From an uncultured bacterium (GTDB taxonomy: Bacteria > Chloroflexota > UBA5177 > JANWHV01), in contig CAVSOU010000010.1 in assembly GCA_963729625.1 (NCBI GenBank), forward strand, positions 704,001 through 768,000: 64,000 nt of DNA, written 5' to 3'. This document shows, in pieces, positions 28,621 through 37,839 of the stretch (position 1 is its first letter; each line of letters starts with the position of its first letter). The notes below the pieces were generated by a model, which worked only from the letters and a program-made list of their open reading frames with translations, was not told where the DNA came from and searched no databases. The translations under genes were made by a program, and so were the position numbers.

Positions 28621-28905
28621 ACTCACCTGTTGCCACGGATTTGGAGAGCCCCGAGCCTTCGCGAGCATACACGTGCAGTACGATCCGTGAGGTGCTTGGC
28701 CAGGTGGGAGGTGTTGGGAGGAAATAGTGGAGCCAAGAGCCCTTCTTCATCGGCCCCCACAAGAGGCCGCAGTTGTTGGCATCTGGTGTGAAAGACTCGC
28801 ACAGGGGTCCTCCACGCAAAGGAGTGTCGGTTCGTAGCCGGAGCTGACTGCAAAGAAGCCAGCTCGGCACTTGATCTCGGTCAGGTCGCCGAGATCAAGT
28901 ACCGT

Positions 28906-29230
28906 TCATTTGCTCCTGGCAGTGTCGCTCGGGCCACCACGGTTCATTGCTCCTCCGAGGTGCCAAAGTGCGACCAGGGCAGCCGGCGCGGGAGTCGTCG
29001 CGGCCACCTCATCGCCGCCGAAGGTGAGAGCCTCCACCGGCCCGGCGACCGTGCAGCCTACGAATCGAAGCAGTGACAGGCTATGGACAGCACTCGCTTC
29101 GTCGTCACTCAGGCCGAACAAGGCGCCGAGGCGCACGGCCAGCAGGCAGGTGCGGAGCCCGTACTGCGACGGCTGGCCCATTCCCAGATCGGTGCCTACA
29201 ATGAGCGCTGCGATGACCTCGGGCGGACGC
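28906..29230 (-). pseudogene. remnant of an HD-GYP/LuxR-type regulator
   Basis: EVIAAL..GTDLGMGQP..YGLRTCLLAVRLG...LLRFVGCT is the typical N-terminus of this family; truncated, no clear start. Confidence 0.6.
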
Positions 29231-29939
29231 CGGCGCTGCGTGGCTCTTCCTGCTGCGTCCGCGTGCAGCGGGGAGCCATGACGAGCCGAAGAAGCCGTGC
29301 GGAATAGCCGTCGCACAATGTCGCGTCCTGCTCAAGCCGCGCTGCCAGCCGAGGCAGATCTTCGGGAAGATCGACATCGAAATCGCCGGCGAGTAGCCGC
29401 AGAGAAAGTCCGCGCTGCGCAATCGCGCCGCACGTATCTGCCAGCACCGTCGGCGTGCTCATCGGCACCATCGTGAAGATATCGTGCGGGGCGGACATTC
29501 CGACCAGATGGTAGCCGCCGTCGTCCGACGGCGCCAGCACAACGTCGCTCGTGGCAAGCGCCGCGAACGCGCTCTCTACCACATCGGGCGACAGGTGCGG
29601 CACATCCGAGCTGATCACCAGGACACGCGCGAAGCCTGCATTGATCGCCCAACTGAAAATGTTGAGCAGACGGTGCCCCAGGTCAGGCCCTGCCTGCATG
29701 AGCACCGATCCGGGCGTGAGTGCCGATGGTGGAGCACCGCCCTCGGGCGTGTAGGCCCAGACCAGATCGCACGCGTCACCGGCAAACCGCACGCCGAGAT
29801 CCTGGAGAAACGCCCGGTAGAGCGCGCGTGCACCTTCCTCCCCCAGCGCCGGGATCAGCCGCGTCTTGACCTTACCCACCTCCGGATTCCGGCAGACGAT
29901 GGCCAGAAGGCGCCGTCCTTCATCCTCGCGCACCGTCAC
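29196..29939 (-). CDS. DUF2064 / TIGR04282-type glycosyltransferase-like protein
   Basis: PEVGKVKTRL, DLGHRL, ISSDVPHL, LAPSDDGGYHLVG, DVDLPEDL. Confidence 0.88.
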   Translation of the reverse strand: MTVREDEGRRLLAIVCRNPEVGKVKTRLIPALGEEGARALYRAFLQDLGVRFAGDACDLVWAYTPEGGAPPSALTPGSVLMQAGPDLGHRLLNIFSWAINAGFARVLVISSDVPHLSPDVVESAFAALATSDVVLAPSDDGGYHLVGMSAPHDIFTMVPMSTPTVLADTCGAIAQRGLSLRLLAGDFDVDLPEDLPRLAARLEQDATLCDGYSARLLRLVMAPRCTRTQQEEPRSAGVRPRSSQRSL

Positions 29940-30043
29940 AGCCCCAGCCTGCCGGCGGCGGTGAGCACGGCGATCACGGTCATACTGTCCACGATCTGGT
30001 AGATCTCGCGCGTGCTCAGCGCCACCCGGGGCTGCTCGTGCAT
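29936..30043 (-). pseudogene. 35-aa ORF, possible N-terminal remnant of a methyltransferase dimerisation domain
   Basis: MHEQPRVALSTREIYQIVDSMTVIAVLTAAGRLGL; its stop overlaps the next start (GTGA); not in the ORF track. Confidence 0.35.
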
Positions 30044-30061
30044 CGTCGTTGGGCGTTCGAC

Positions 30062-30421
30062 TCAGAAGGAAAGAGTCTGAGCGCCGGTGACCATTTCTTC
30101 TACGGCCTTGGCGGCACCGACGACTTGCGCCCCCTCGATCAGCTGTTCAGCCGTGATATTGCGCGGCTTGATACAGGCGCCGCAGACCCACAGCTTGCCG
30201 CCGTTCGCGATGAACTTCTCAATCAATTCCTTGATCGGCGGATAGCCATCTGCCTGTAAGCCGTCGACATAGCCCTTCGTCGCCACCCAGGGGCCATCAA
30301 TGCTGAGCAGCACGATTGCTTCCTGGTCAGAGCTAAGCGCCGCGTTCGCAATCACGAAGCTGAGCGTGGCTCGTTCCAGGTTATCCTTGCCGTTGGTGTT
30401 GTTGATCAGCACCTTGCCCAT
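30062..30421 (-). CDS. DsrE family sulfur-relay protein
   Basis: 119 aa; ERATLSFVIANAA, LSIDG, GGKLWVCGAC...RNI, GAQVVGA. Confidence 0.9.
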   Translation of the reverse strand: MGKVLINNTNGKDNLERATLSFVIANAALSSDQEAIVLLSIDGPWVATKGYVDGLQADGYPPIKELIEKFIANGGKLWVCGACIKPRNITAEQLIEGAQVVGAAKAVEEMVTGAQTLSF

Positions 30422-30669
30422 GTGCGCACTCCCTCGCTAGCGGCTAGCCCTTACGACGCACCAAATAGCGCTCGTCCTCGTGTTGAATCAATGTATGTCC
30501 CGTCAAGCGACACCACGCCGGCAGATCGACGGCCACGCTCGGCTCGGTGGCGCGGATCTCCACGGTCTGGCCCGGCAGCATCTTGCGAATAAGCGTAGCG
30601 ATATCATCCAGGGGCCCGTCGCCGCAACCCTTGTTGCCGGCATCGTAAAATGCGTCTGCGCCGAAGCGT

Positions 30670-30684
30670 GGTTGAATCGCTCTG
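30670..30684. repeat. target-site duplication, left copy
   Basis: GGTTGAATCGCTCTG, identical to 32254-32268. Confidence 0.93.
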
Positions 30685-30722
30685 TGTTGGGGGCAGCGAC
30701 ATGTTGCACAGGCATGACCCTC

Positions 30723-31790
30723 CTACAGGAGCCAGAAGCGGGCGGCGAACTCGTTGGGGGAGAGTCCCGGCAGTGCCAAGCCTTGGTGCGGGCGGTCATT
30801 GTAGGCGACGCGGAATTGCTCGAGGAGCGTCTCCAAGGCCGCAGTGTTGCTCCAGGCGTGCTCGGCCAGCCAGATTTTGAGCGTGCGTACGAATCGTTCC
30901 GCGATCCCGTTCGACGCGGGCCGATGCCGGGCTATGAGCACGTGCACGAAGTCCTCGTCCTGGGCGAACTGCGCGAACTGCTGGGCGGTGAAGTGGCAGC
31001 CGCGGTCGGAGATGAGGAACTGGAGCTGCGCGGGGAGGAGGTCGCGCAAGGCGGCGACGACCACCTCGGCGGTGACCTTGGGACCGGCGACGAAGAGCGG
31101 GAGACCCGCGCACTGCCGGGTACAGTTATCGGTCACGACGAGGATGGCGATCCAGGGTGGCCTGGCCAGCTGCGCTGGCGGAGGCTGCAGGCGCTCCAGC
31201 GCAGCCTGCCAGGCGGCATCCTCCTCGCGCCGCCGGGCCAGGACAGCCTGGCGCTGATCGTGCAGCAGAAGCCAGCGGTCCTGTGCGGCCAGATAGCGGG
31301 CATACTGGCGCGGCGACCACTGTTCCGGCCGCAGCTGTGCCTGCCGCTCGCGGCAGACGGCCTCCCAGAGCGCATCCTCTTGCCGGCGCTGCTGGAGGAT
31401 CTGCAGCCGTTGCGCCGCCAGCATCCGCTGCTGCTGCCGCGCTGGCTGCTCCACCGCTGGCTGGCGCGGGTGCCGGGTGGTGCGTGCCGCCTTGCGCGGT
31501 GGCGTGCGCGGCGCGGATCGCCACACGAACTCCCGCATCGCCTGCGCATAGGCCAGCTCGGCGTCCTCGAACACCTGGCCAGGCCAGGCCCGTTCCGCCG
31601 CCGCACCCTCCCGTGGTCCATAGATGACGAGCCGGCCCGATGACCCGCTCACTGCCGGCAGGCGTACCGCCGCCTCGTGCACGGCGGGCACGAAGCACAG
31701 GTCCACGTTCAGGGTTTGGCCGGGCTCGTCGGCCGTGCGGTTCTCGCCGCTTGGCCCCCCCTTTTCACCGGTGGTGCCGGTGCGGGCCAC
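30723..31790 (-). CDS. transposase catalytic ORF (rve/DDE) with a large insertion
   Basis: LNVD ... LISDRGCHF ... SNGIAERFVRTLK (D-35-E) ... YNDRPHQGL. Confidence 0.88.
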   Translation of the reverse strand: MARTGTTGEKGGPSGENRTADEPGQTLNVDLCFVPAVHEAAVRLPAVSGSSGRLVIYGPREGAAAERAWPGQVFEDAELAYAQAMREFVWRSAPRTPPRKAARTTRHPRQPAVEQPARQQQRMLAAQRLQILQQRRQEDALWEAVCRERQAQLRPEQWSPRQYARYLAAQDRWLLLHDQRQAVLARRREEDAAWQAALERLQPPPAQLARPPWIAILVVTDNCTRQCAGLPLFVAGPKVTAEVVVAALRDLLPAQLQFLISDRGCHFTAQQFAQFAQDEDFVHVLIARHRPASNGIAERFVRTLKIWLAEHAWSNTAALETLLEQFRVAYNDRPHQGLALPGLSPNEFAARFWLL

Positions 31791-32194
31791 AATCCAGCGT
31801 CACGCAGGATGCGCTTGACCGTATTCGGACTGACCAGCGGTACCCACCCCTGCGCCTTCGCCAGCTCATCCGCCAGCCGTTGCTTGCCCCAGCTGGGCTG
31901 CTCCTCTCGGAGGGCGATCACCTGGGCCTCCACCGCCGCGGCGGTCCGGTGCGGCTGGTGCGGCACGCGGCTGCCGAACCGTGCGAGGCCGGTGTAGCCG
32001 TCCGCGAGGAAGCGCGGCTTCCAATAATAGAAGGTGCGTCGGCCGACGTGGGCCACCCGACAGGCCTGCGCGACATCGCCCGTGGCTTGCCAGGTTTCGA
32101 ACAAGAGTCGCCGTTGCGACGGCGTGGTGAGGGGGAAATAGGTGCGTGCCATGCGCTTCGCCTTGTGCCTAGCCAGGAATCGTGCCTGTTCCAC
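31709..32194 (-). CDS. transposase N-terminal HTH ORF
   Basis: VAQACRVAHVGRRTFYYWKPRF, WGKQRLADEL, VSPNTVKRIL; overlaps the catalytic ORF, which lies in the -1 frame, at GAAAAGGGGGGG. Confidence 0.85.
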   Translation of the reverse strand: MEQARFLARHKAKRMARTYFPLTTPSQRRLLFETWQATGDVAQACRVAHVGRRTFYYWKPRFLADGYTGLARFGSRVPHQPHRTAAAVEAQVIALREEQPSWGKQRLADELAKAQGWVPLVSPNTVKRILRDAGLWPAPAPPVKRGGQAARTARPTSPAKP

Positions 32195-32253
32195 CTGGTC
32201 CGCTCAGCATGGCACATCCGACGCTATGGTGCAACCTGCTCCTGCCCCCAACA

Positions 32254-32268
32254 GGTTGAATCGCTCTG
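32254..32268. repeat. target-site duplication, right copy
   Basis: GGTTGAATCGCTCTG directly after the terminal ACA. Confidence 0.93.
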
Positions 32269-32489
32269 TTGGCGCCTGGCTCATACACTTGCATACTAAT
32301 GACTGCTCTCCCAGTTCGCAGTAGGCTGATGCGCTACCGCCCATACATTGATATACGGAACCCTCAGCCGGTTGGATTGCCAAATACGCTACCATGTTGG
32401 TTGAATTGTTTCCGCATGTCGGGTGACGATCGCCACCATGGTACCATGTGCCGAGTCGCAGGACGTAGAGTTCGTGAAGAGGAGATGGC

Positions 32490-33392
32490 GTGCAATCATC
32501 GATCGATCGTTGCCCCGTCTGTGGCCGTATCCACGACGGACCTGAAGGCCGGCGTATCTTCTCCCGCCTGTGGGTGTACACCAACTACGATTGCAATCTC
32601 TGCTGCTCCTACTGCCTGGTCTCGTCCACCCCATCCGCGGATCGCCGGCGCTTGTCGCGTGGCGACTTCGAACGGCTGATCGACGAGGCATCGGACATCG
32701 GCTTTGACGAGGTGTTTCTCACCGGCGGCGAGCCGGCCCTGTTGCCGGATATCACGGATATGCTTGGCTACGCGCTTCTCCGGATGCCCGTGACGCTGAT
32801 GACCAACGGCATGCTCTGGAAAGGTGCGCGCCTGGCGCGACTCGAGTCGCTGTTGCGGATGCCGGAGAGCACCGATTTGACCTTGCAGACCAGTCTGGAC
32901 AGCGGCAGTCCGGAGATCCATGATCGCAATCGCGGCGCGGGAACCTGGGCCAAGACGGTCGCAGGTATTCGGCGGTTGCAGGAGCGCGGCTTCCGTGTGC
33001 GCGTTGCCGCGACAACGTTGGCGCAGAACCAGCACGACCTTGAGGAATGGTCCTCATTCCTTGAGACGCAGGGTGTCACATCCGAGTATCGGCTCGTGCG
33101 CGATCTGGTGGCGCGGGGCGAGTCGAGCGAGGGAGCCGTGCTCACGGGCGAGGACATCGTGCCGGAAATGACGGTCGACGTGAGCGGCGTCTATTGGCAC
33201 CCAATCATGGGCGAGGATCTGCGCCTAACGGAGACCGTCTTCCCGCTTCGGAGTGCCGCCGAGCAGCTTGCTCGACTCTGGCATACGATCAGCGGCAAGG
33301 ACAGAGCTTCGGTGTTCCGCTGTGGCCCTGATCGAGCGGCAGCCGAGGAAGCAGACGGCGACATCTCGCTGCTGAAGATCGCATCTCATTGA
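32490..33392 (+). CDS. radical SAM protein, MoeX/Rv1681-like
   Basis: CNLCCSYC (CxxxCxxC), LTGGEP, TNG, SLDS, HDRNRGAGTW, PEMTVDVSGVYWHP; extra N-terminal CPVC. Resemblance to MoeX is from memory. Confidence 0.88.
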   Translation: MQSSIDRCPVCGRIHDGPEGRRIFSRLWVYTNYDCNLCCSYCLVSSTPSADRRRLSRGDFERLIDEASDIGFDEVFLTGGEPALLPDITDMLGYALLRMPVTLMTNGMLWKGARLARLESLLRMPESTDLTLQTSLDSGSPEIHDRNRGAGTWAKTVAGIRRLQERGFRVRVAATTLAQNQHDLEEWSSFLETQGVTSEYRLVRDLVARGESSEGAVLTGEDIVPEMTVDVSGVYWHPIMGEDLRLTETVFPLRSAAEQLARLWHTISGKDRASVFRCGPDRAAAEEADGDISLLKIASH

Positions 33393-33776
33393 CGTTGCCG
33401 CGATGTCACCTGCACCAGCATCGCTCACCACCCTTGGGAATGCACGGGTGCTCGCGCGTGCAGCGGCGAGCGCGCACACTGCAATCCTGGGCGTCGCGGC
33501 GTCAAGGTGCCGGCAGACGCCAAGGTATTCAGCGGAAGGAGTGAGCGATTGCAGCTTGTTCCTGGTCGCTGCCCATAGGGACGTTGCCGTCCGTCCACCC
33601 GGCGTTATGCGTCGACGCACCAACACGCGTATTTTGTCCGCAGTCCCGGTCGGCGGATTGGCGTCAGCGAGGCCACGATAGCAGCGAGTTCGGCACGGTC
33701 GCGCGGCGGCCCGCGGAACAGCCAGGCCCGTAGCAGAAGTGCGCCCACACGATACGCGGCCGCGGTCCCAAGAGAG

Positions 33777-34940
33777 TCACCCAGTGATCGTCAAGCTTAC
33801 GTGCTGGTAGGGCTGGTTCTCGAGGCAATTCTCCATGGCGCCAAAGAAGGAGAAGTCATAGGTGCCAGGCTTAACGCCCGCCGGGACCAGCCAGGTGCCC
33901 CGGTAGACATCGCTGCCCGCATGCGCAAGTAGCACGGAAAAGCCGAGCGGGCCGTTCACTGCGAACTCCTCTGCCGACAATGGCCCGCCCTTTCCGGGAC
34001 TGATGTGCGCCGAGAAGGTGATCGTATCCCCGGACTTGGCAGTCGTTGCTGAGATGGCGGCGCCGGTGACCGTGGGCAGGAGATCCTTGGGGAAGGTTTC
34101 TCGCGGCATCTTGAAGGAGTATTCGGTTACTTGCCCGGCCCTGATCGGAATTGGATGCCCATGATAGTACACGTAGCCCTGGGCGAAGCCGTAGGCGTCG
34201 GTCAGCGACACGGGCTTGAGGTGGTCGATGCGGTAGTGTCCGGACGAATCCGTCTCGCCGACACGCTTGAGCGTGGTCCATCCAAGCACCATGAAGGCGT
34301 GGGCGATGGGCTTGCCGCTGGTCGCGTCGGTCACGGTCCCCTGGACGGCGCCCATTGTGCCGTCGCCGGCGATAGGCATGGTCATCACGGACGTTCCCGT
34401 CGAGCTGCTACCCACCGTCAGCTGGGAGGCGGTGGACACAGTATCCACCTTGAACACGTCCCACATGCCGCCGACGGCATGCCCCGGCACGCCACACACA
34501 ATTGCGTAGGTGCCCACTTTTCCGGCCACGAACGAGAAGACCTCGGGCACCTTGAGATTGGCGACGCCGGCACTTGGATTCGGGCTTGCTGAGCCGGGGA
34601 AGGCGGGTGGGAACGGCCCGACCTGAGTTCGCAGGGCGTATGAGGTGATCACCACGCTGTGCCGCACGGCGGATCGGTTAGTATACGACACAACCACCTT
34701 CGCGCCTACCGGCACCGTGATGGTCAGATGTCCCATGTTGTAGCCGTCGAAATTGAAGCCGGAGCCGACCTGATTATAGGCGGCGGCGATCGTCAGGCTC
34801 GCCGTCTTGCTTCCGGGATCCCAACGCACCCAGACGGGTTCGGCGGCGCGTGCCTGTCGCGCCGGAATCGCGAGACCCGGCAATAGAGCGAGGCCCAGCA
34901 ACACACACGTCCCCGCCTGGACGAGCGACCGTCGTTTCAT
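33777..34940 (-). CDS. exported sulfocyanin-like blue-copper protein with C-terminal carboxypeptidase-regulatory/Ig-like domains
   Basis: Signal MKRRSLV...ARA; FNFDGY..GHLTITVPVG, RHS, CGVPGHAVGGM type-1 Cu ligands; GTVTDATSGKPI..TDSSGHY. Confidence 0.85.
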   Translation of the reverse strand: MKRRSLVQAGTCVLLGLALLPGLAIPARQARAAEPVWVRWDPGSKTASLTIAAAYNQVGSGFNFDGYNMGHLTITVPVGAKVVVSYTNRSAVRHSVVITSYALRTQVGPFPPAFPGSASPNPSAGVANLKVPEVFSFVAGKVGTYAIVCGVPGHAVGGMWDVFKVDTVSTASQLTVGSSSTGTSVMTMPIAGDGTMGAVQGTVTDATSGKPIAHAFMVLGWTTLKRVGETDSSGHYRIDHLKPVSLTDAYGFAQGYVYYHGHPIPIRAGQVTEYSFKMPRETFPKDLLPTVTGAAISATTAKSGDTITFSAHISPGKGGPLSAEEFAVNGPLGFSVLLAHAGSDVYRGTWLVPAGVKPGTYDFSFFGAMENCLENQPYQHVSLTITG

Positions 34941-35097
34941 GTGGTGTCCCCTTTCGTGTTTGCGATTCTTGCCACTGCACCCGACAGGGCGCGGGCTCCT
35001 TCCAGTGTAGTGAGACTGAGGCGAATATCGCGCGATTGCTGCGGCGCGGCGCGCTCCCCTACACCTTTCCCCTACGGCTGGCTGCGCAGTCCCGGAT

Positions 35098-35808
35098 TCA
35101 TCGCCCGTCTGCGGAACGGCGGCCGAAGGCATAGCGGACGGTGACGCCCAGGATATAGTAGGTCGCCAGCACGCTGCCCCTGACGGTTCCTGAAATCTTG
35201 GATTGACCGATACGTCGGCGATAGCTGACCGGTACCTCGCTCACACGAGCGCCGCGCCGAGCTGCCTTCACCATCATCTCCGTTGGCCACCCATAGGTCA
35301 TCTCCCGCATCGCCAGGTCGAACAGCAATTCGGCGCGGATGGCGCGGAACGGCCCCAAATCGGTGATCCGCATCCCGTAGAGCAGCCGCATCAGATGGGA
35401 AACCAACCAGTTGCCGAATAGTTGATGGGTCGCCAGAGCACCGGGCTCGCGCCGCCCTCGCAGCCGCGATCCGATCACCAGGTCGGCGGCTCCAGACAGA
35501 ATCGGCTCCAGTACGCGAGTCGCCTCCTCGGGGAAGTCGCTGTAGTCGCCATCCAGAAACAAGAGGATATCGGCTCCGTGCGCCGCGGCGACACCGGCGG
35601 CGCAGGCACGGCCGTAGCCTGGACGCAACTCCGTCACCACCTGCGCCCCTGCTGCCCGCGCCACGGCCGCAGTATTATCCGTGCTCCCATTATCGACCAC
35701 GATCACCTGTGCCACGACGTCGCGTGGCAGCGCGGCGATCACCTTCCCGATCGCCTGCTCCTCGTTCCGGGCCGGAATCACGGCCACTACACGGAGTCGT
35801 GCGTGCAT
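35098..35808 (-). CDS. GT2 glycosyltransferase (polyprenol-phosphate glycosyltransferase-like)
   Basis: VIPARNEE, VVDNGSTD, GYGRAC, FLDGD, VIGSR, TDLGPFRAI, SKISG. Confidence 0.93.
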   Translation of the reverse strand: MHARLRVVAVIPARNEEQAIGKVIAALPRDVVAQVIVVDNGSTDNTAAVARAAGAQVVTELRPGYGRACAAGVAAAHGADILLFLDGDYSDFPEEATRVLEPILSGAADLVIGSRLRGRREPGALATHQLFGNWLVSHLMRLLYGMRITDLGPFRAIRAELLFDLAMREMTYGWPTEMMVKAARRGARVSEVPVSYRRRIGQSKISGTVRGSVLATYYILGVTVRYAFGRRSADGR

Positions 35809-35832
35809 CGCGATACGCCTTTCGTGCCTCGT

Positions 35833-37491
35833 TTATCTTCGCGCATGGCCAACATTACCGGCCGGTGCCGGGTGGGAGGCGGGACATGCCGTAGCACCGC
35901 GCGCAGTCCAGACGAGAGCCGCGGTGAATCGCTCTGGTGCCTGGCCTGCGCAGGCCACAAGCCGTCGCACCCAACTAGGCCACTGCGCTGCGGGCCAGCG
36001 TGGCGGCTGCACGACGACGAAGCGGAGCGGTGCCGGATGACCGCTGAGATGTCCCCCCGCGGCTAGCAGCAGCGCCGAATAAGCGTCGACCGTGTCGTCC
36101 GGGGCGGTGAAGAGCAGGTTGAAGCGTTGACCGCCGGCCTGCAGCACGATGAAGGCACTCACCTGCCGCATTTGCGCAAGAGTGATCAAGTTCGAGCGAT
36201 CGGGCCGTAGCGTGATCTGGAAGCGGTCGGGCAGGAAGCTTGCCTGCCACGTGTGGGCGACGTTGCTCCCGGCCAGAATCAGCGCCAGCACCACCGCTGC
36301 TCCGCGTACCGCTTGCGGCACGATCGTGCGTGGCCCTCCCACCATGTGGAGAGCCGGCAGACGGCCGGCAAGCAGGCCCAGCGCGAGTGCCGGCACCGGG
36401 AACAGCGGCATGGCGTAGTGCGGGCGAAGCTGGGAGCCGAAGAACAGGTACCCTGCCAGGTAGACGCCGCTGTACAGCAGCAGTAGCCGTGCCAACGGGG
36501 CGCCGCCGACTCGCGCGCCGGCGATCGTACTGTGCGCTCGCATGCCACCTGACGGCAGGGTCGCCTTGGCACTGACGCCGAGAAGGAGCACCATGCCGAG
36601 CACGGCCGCTGGACCCGGCTGACGCACGCCCACCAGGCGCTGCAGCAGCAGGAGCACGCGGGCAAGGGTCGGTCCGACCGCGCGCGTGCCACCGTTGCCG
36701 TGGTGGCTATAGGCGAGCCAGGCCCGCGTCTCCACCAGTCCATGCGTGACATCGTGAATGATGGATGGCGCGAAAAGCGCTAGAAGAGCCAGCAGCCCGA
36801 GCAGCGCGTAGCGCCGGCAGCCCAACTGGGGCCTGAACACGTAGAAGTAGAGTGTCAGGAAGGGAAGGAGCAGTACGGCGGTAGGCTGCAGCTGCAGAGC
36901 GATGCCAAGCCAGACTCCCAGTAGCGCCAGGTGATACTGGCGTCCCTCGCTCAGTGCCAGCAAGCTCCAGAACATCAACAACACAAGGCAGGGCAGCATG
37001 TTGGGCCAGAGGAAGCGCGAGTAGTAGACGACCTCCTGCGCGGTGGCCAGCACCAGCGCCCCAACCAGCCCAGCCACGCGCCCCCCGCCGTGGCGCGCCA
37101 GTAGTCCACAGCACAGTCCTACCGCAATGACTTGGCAGACTCCGTTCAGCGCCACCGCGGCCGTGGGATTGAATCCGGACAACCAAAGCGGCAGGGCGAT
37201 CAGGTAGTCGAAGAGCGGGCCCAGGTGTGCACTGCCGACCGCCAGCGCCAGACCGTAGGCGGGGGGCTGATGCTGCAAGACGAGGGCCCGGACAGCCAGG
37301 ACAAGGCTGCCCTCGTCACCGTGAAAACTCTGCAGGCTGTCCAGCCGGTAGAACTGCAGAAATGCCGAGAGGCACAGGATCGACCCTAGCGCCAGCGCGC
37401 CGGAGTGCCGAGCGCGACGCTTCACGACGCCGACGACTTCATTGATACCTGAGGAATCTGCAGCATTCACGCCGGAGACGTCCGAATCCAC
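35833..37491 (-). CDS. ArnT/PMT-like (GT-C) integral membrane glycosyltransferase
   Basis: FHGDE after TM1, HLGPLFDYL, YSRFLWPN, many TM helices. Confidence 0.8.
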   Translation of the reverse strand: MDSDVSGVNAADSSGINEVVGVVKRRARHSGALALGSILCLSAFLQFYRLDSLQSFHGDEGSLVLAVRALVLQHQPPAYGLALAVGSAHLGPLFDYLIALPLWLSGFNPTAAVALNGVCQVIAVGLCCGLLARHGGGRVAGLVGALVLATAQEVVYYSRFLWPNMLPCLVLLMFWSLLALSEGRQYHLALLGVWLGIALQLQPTAVLLLPFLTLYFYVFRPQLGCRRYALLGLLALLALFAPSIIHDVTHGLVETRAWLAYSHHGNGGTRAVGPTLARVLLLLQRLVGVRQPGPAAVLGMVLLLGVSAKATLPSGGMRAHSTIAGARVGGAPLARLLLLYSGVYLAGYLFFGSQLRPHYAMPLFPVPALALGLLAGRLPALHMVGGPRTIVPQAVRGAAVVLALILAGSNVAHTWQASFLPDRFQITLRPDRSNLITLAQMRQVSAFIVLQAGGQRFNLLFTAPDDTVDAYSALLLAAGGHLSGHPAPLRFVVVQPPRWPAAQWPSWVRRLVACAGQAPERFTAALVWTARGATACPASHPAPAGNVGHARR

Positions 37492-37839
37492 AGCGGACTA
37501 TGCTCACCGCCGATGTGGCGAACTACCACTCCAGATCGAATCGCTCGGGCACGAGCGGGACCGGACAGCGTCGCTGCGAGGACGAGCAACAGTACAAACC
37601 TGGATGCCACAACTACCCGGCAGCGCTTGTTGGTCACAGCGGCCCCAGTGCGGCGGCCCGGATCGCGAGAGAGAAGGCCGTGGCGTTGTGCCAGTGAGGA
37701 CATGTGGGTACCGCGACGACAAGCCGGGCGATCATACCAGAGTGCCTCCCGCTACAGTATCCTCAATACGCCATCGGAATGGAATTCCCTTCGTCGCACT
37801 CCAGAAACGCGCTACACGCCTACCGAAGGAGGCACGTAT

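Larger units (their letters stand above)
30685..32253 (-). mobile_element. 1569-bp insertion sequence, IS481/IS1202-like (rve DDE)
   Basis: TGT...ACA ends; terminal inverted repeats TGTTGGGGGCAGcgaCAtGTTGCA (20/24 match); 15-bp flanking direct repeat; two overlapping transposase ORFs. Confidence 0.92.
30444..32294 (-). pseudogene. TusA/SirA-family sulfur carrier interrupted by the IS (pieces 32294-32254 and 30669-30444)
   Basis: Removing the IS and one target copy gives 267 nt = 88 aa: MQVYEPGANRAIQPRFGADAFYDAGNKGCGDGPLDDIATLIRKMLPGQTVEIRATEPSVAVDLPAWCRLTGHTLIQHEDERYLVRRKG. Confidence 0.85.

Noticed and set aside
29936-30043. Selenocysteine read-through of the TGA ending the 35-aa ORF
   Set aside because: The TGA is part of a GTGA start/stop overlap, not a redox motif, and I saw no SECIS-like hairpin.
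30480-31643. Long antisense or alternate-frame ORFs (e.g. 30480..31643 +, 5633..6811 -, 8814..9905 -, 42185..43582 +)
   Set aside because: Shadow ORFs of well-supported genes in high-GC DNA, with no family motifs.
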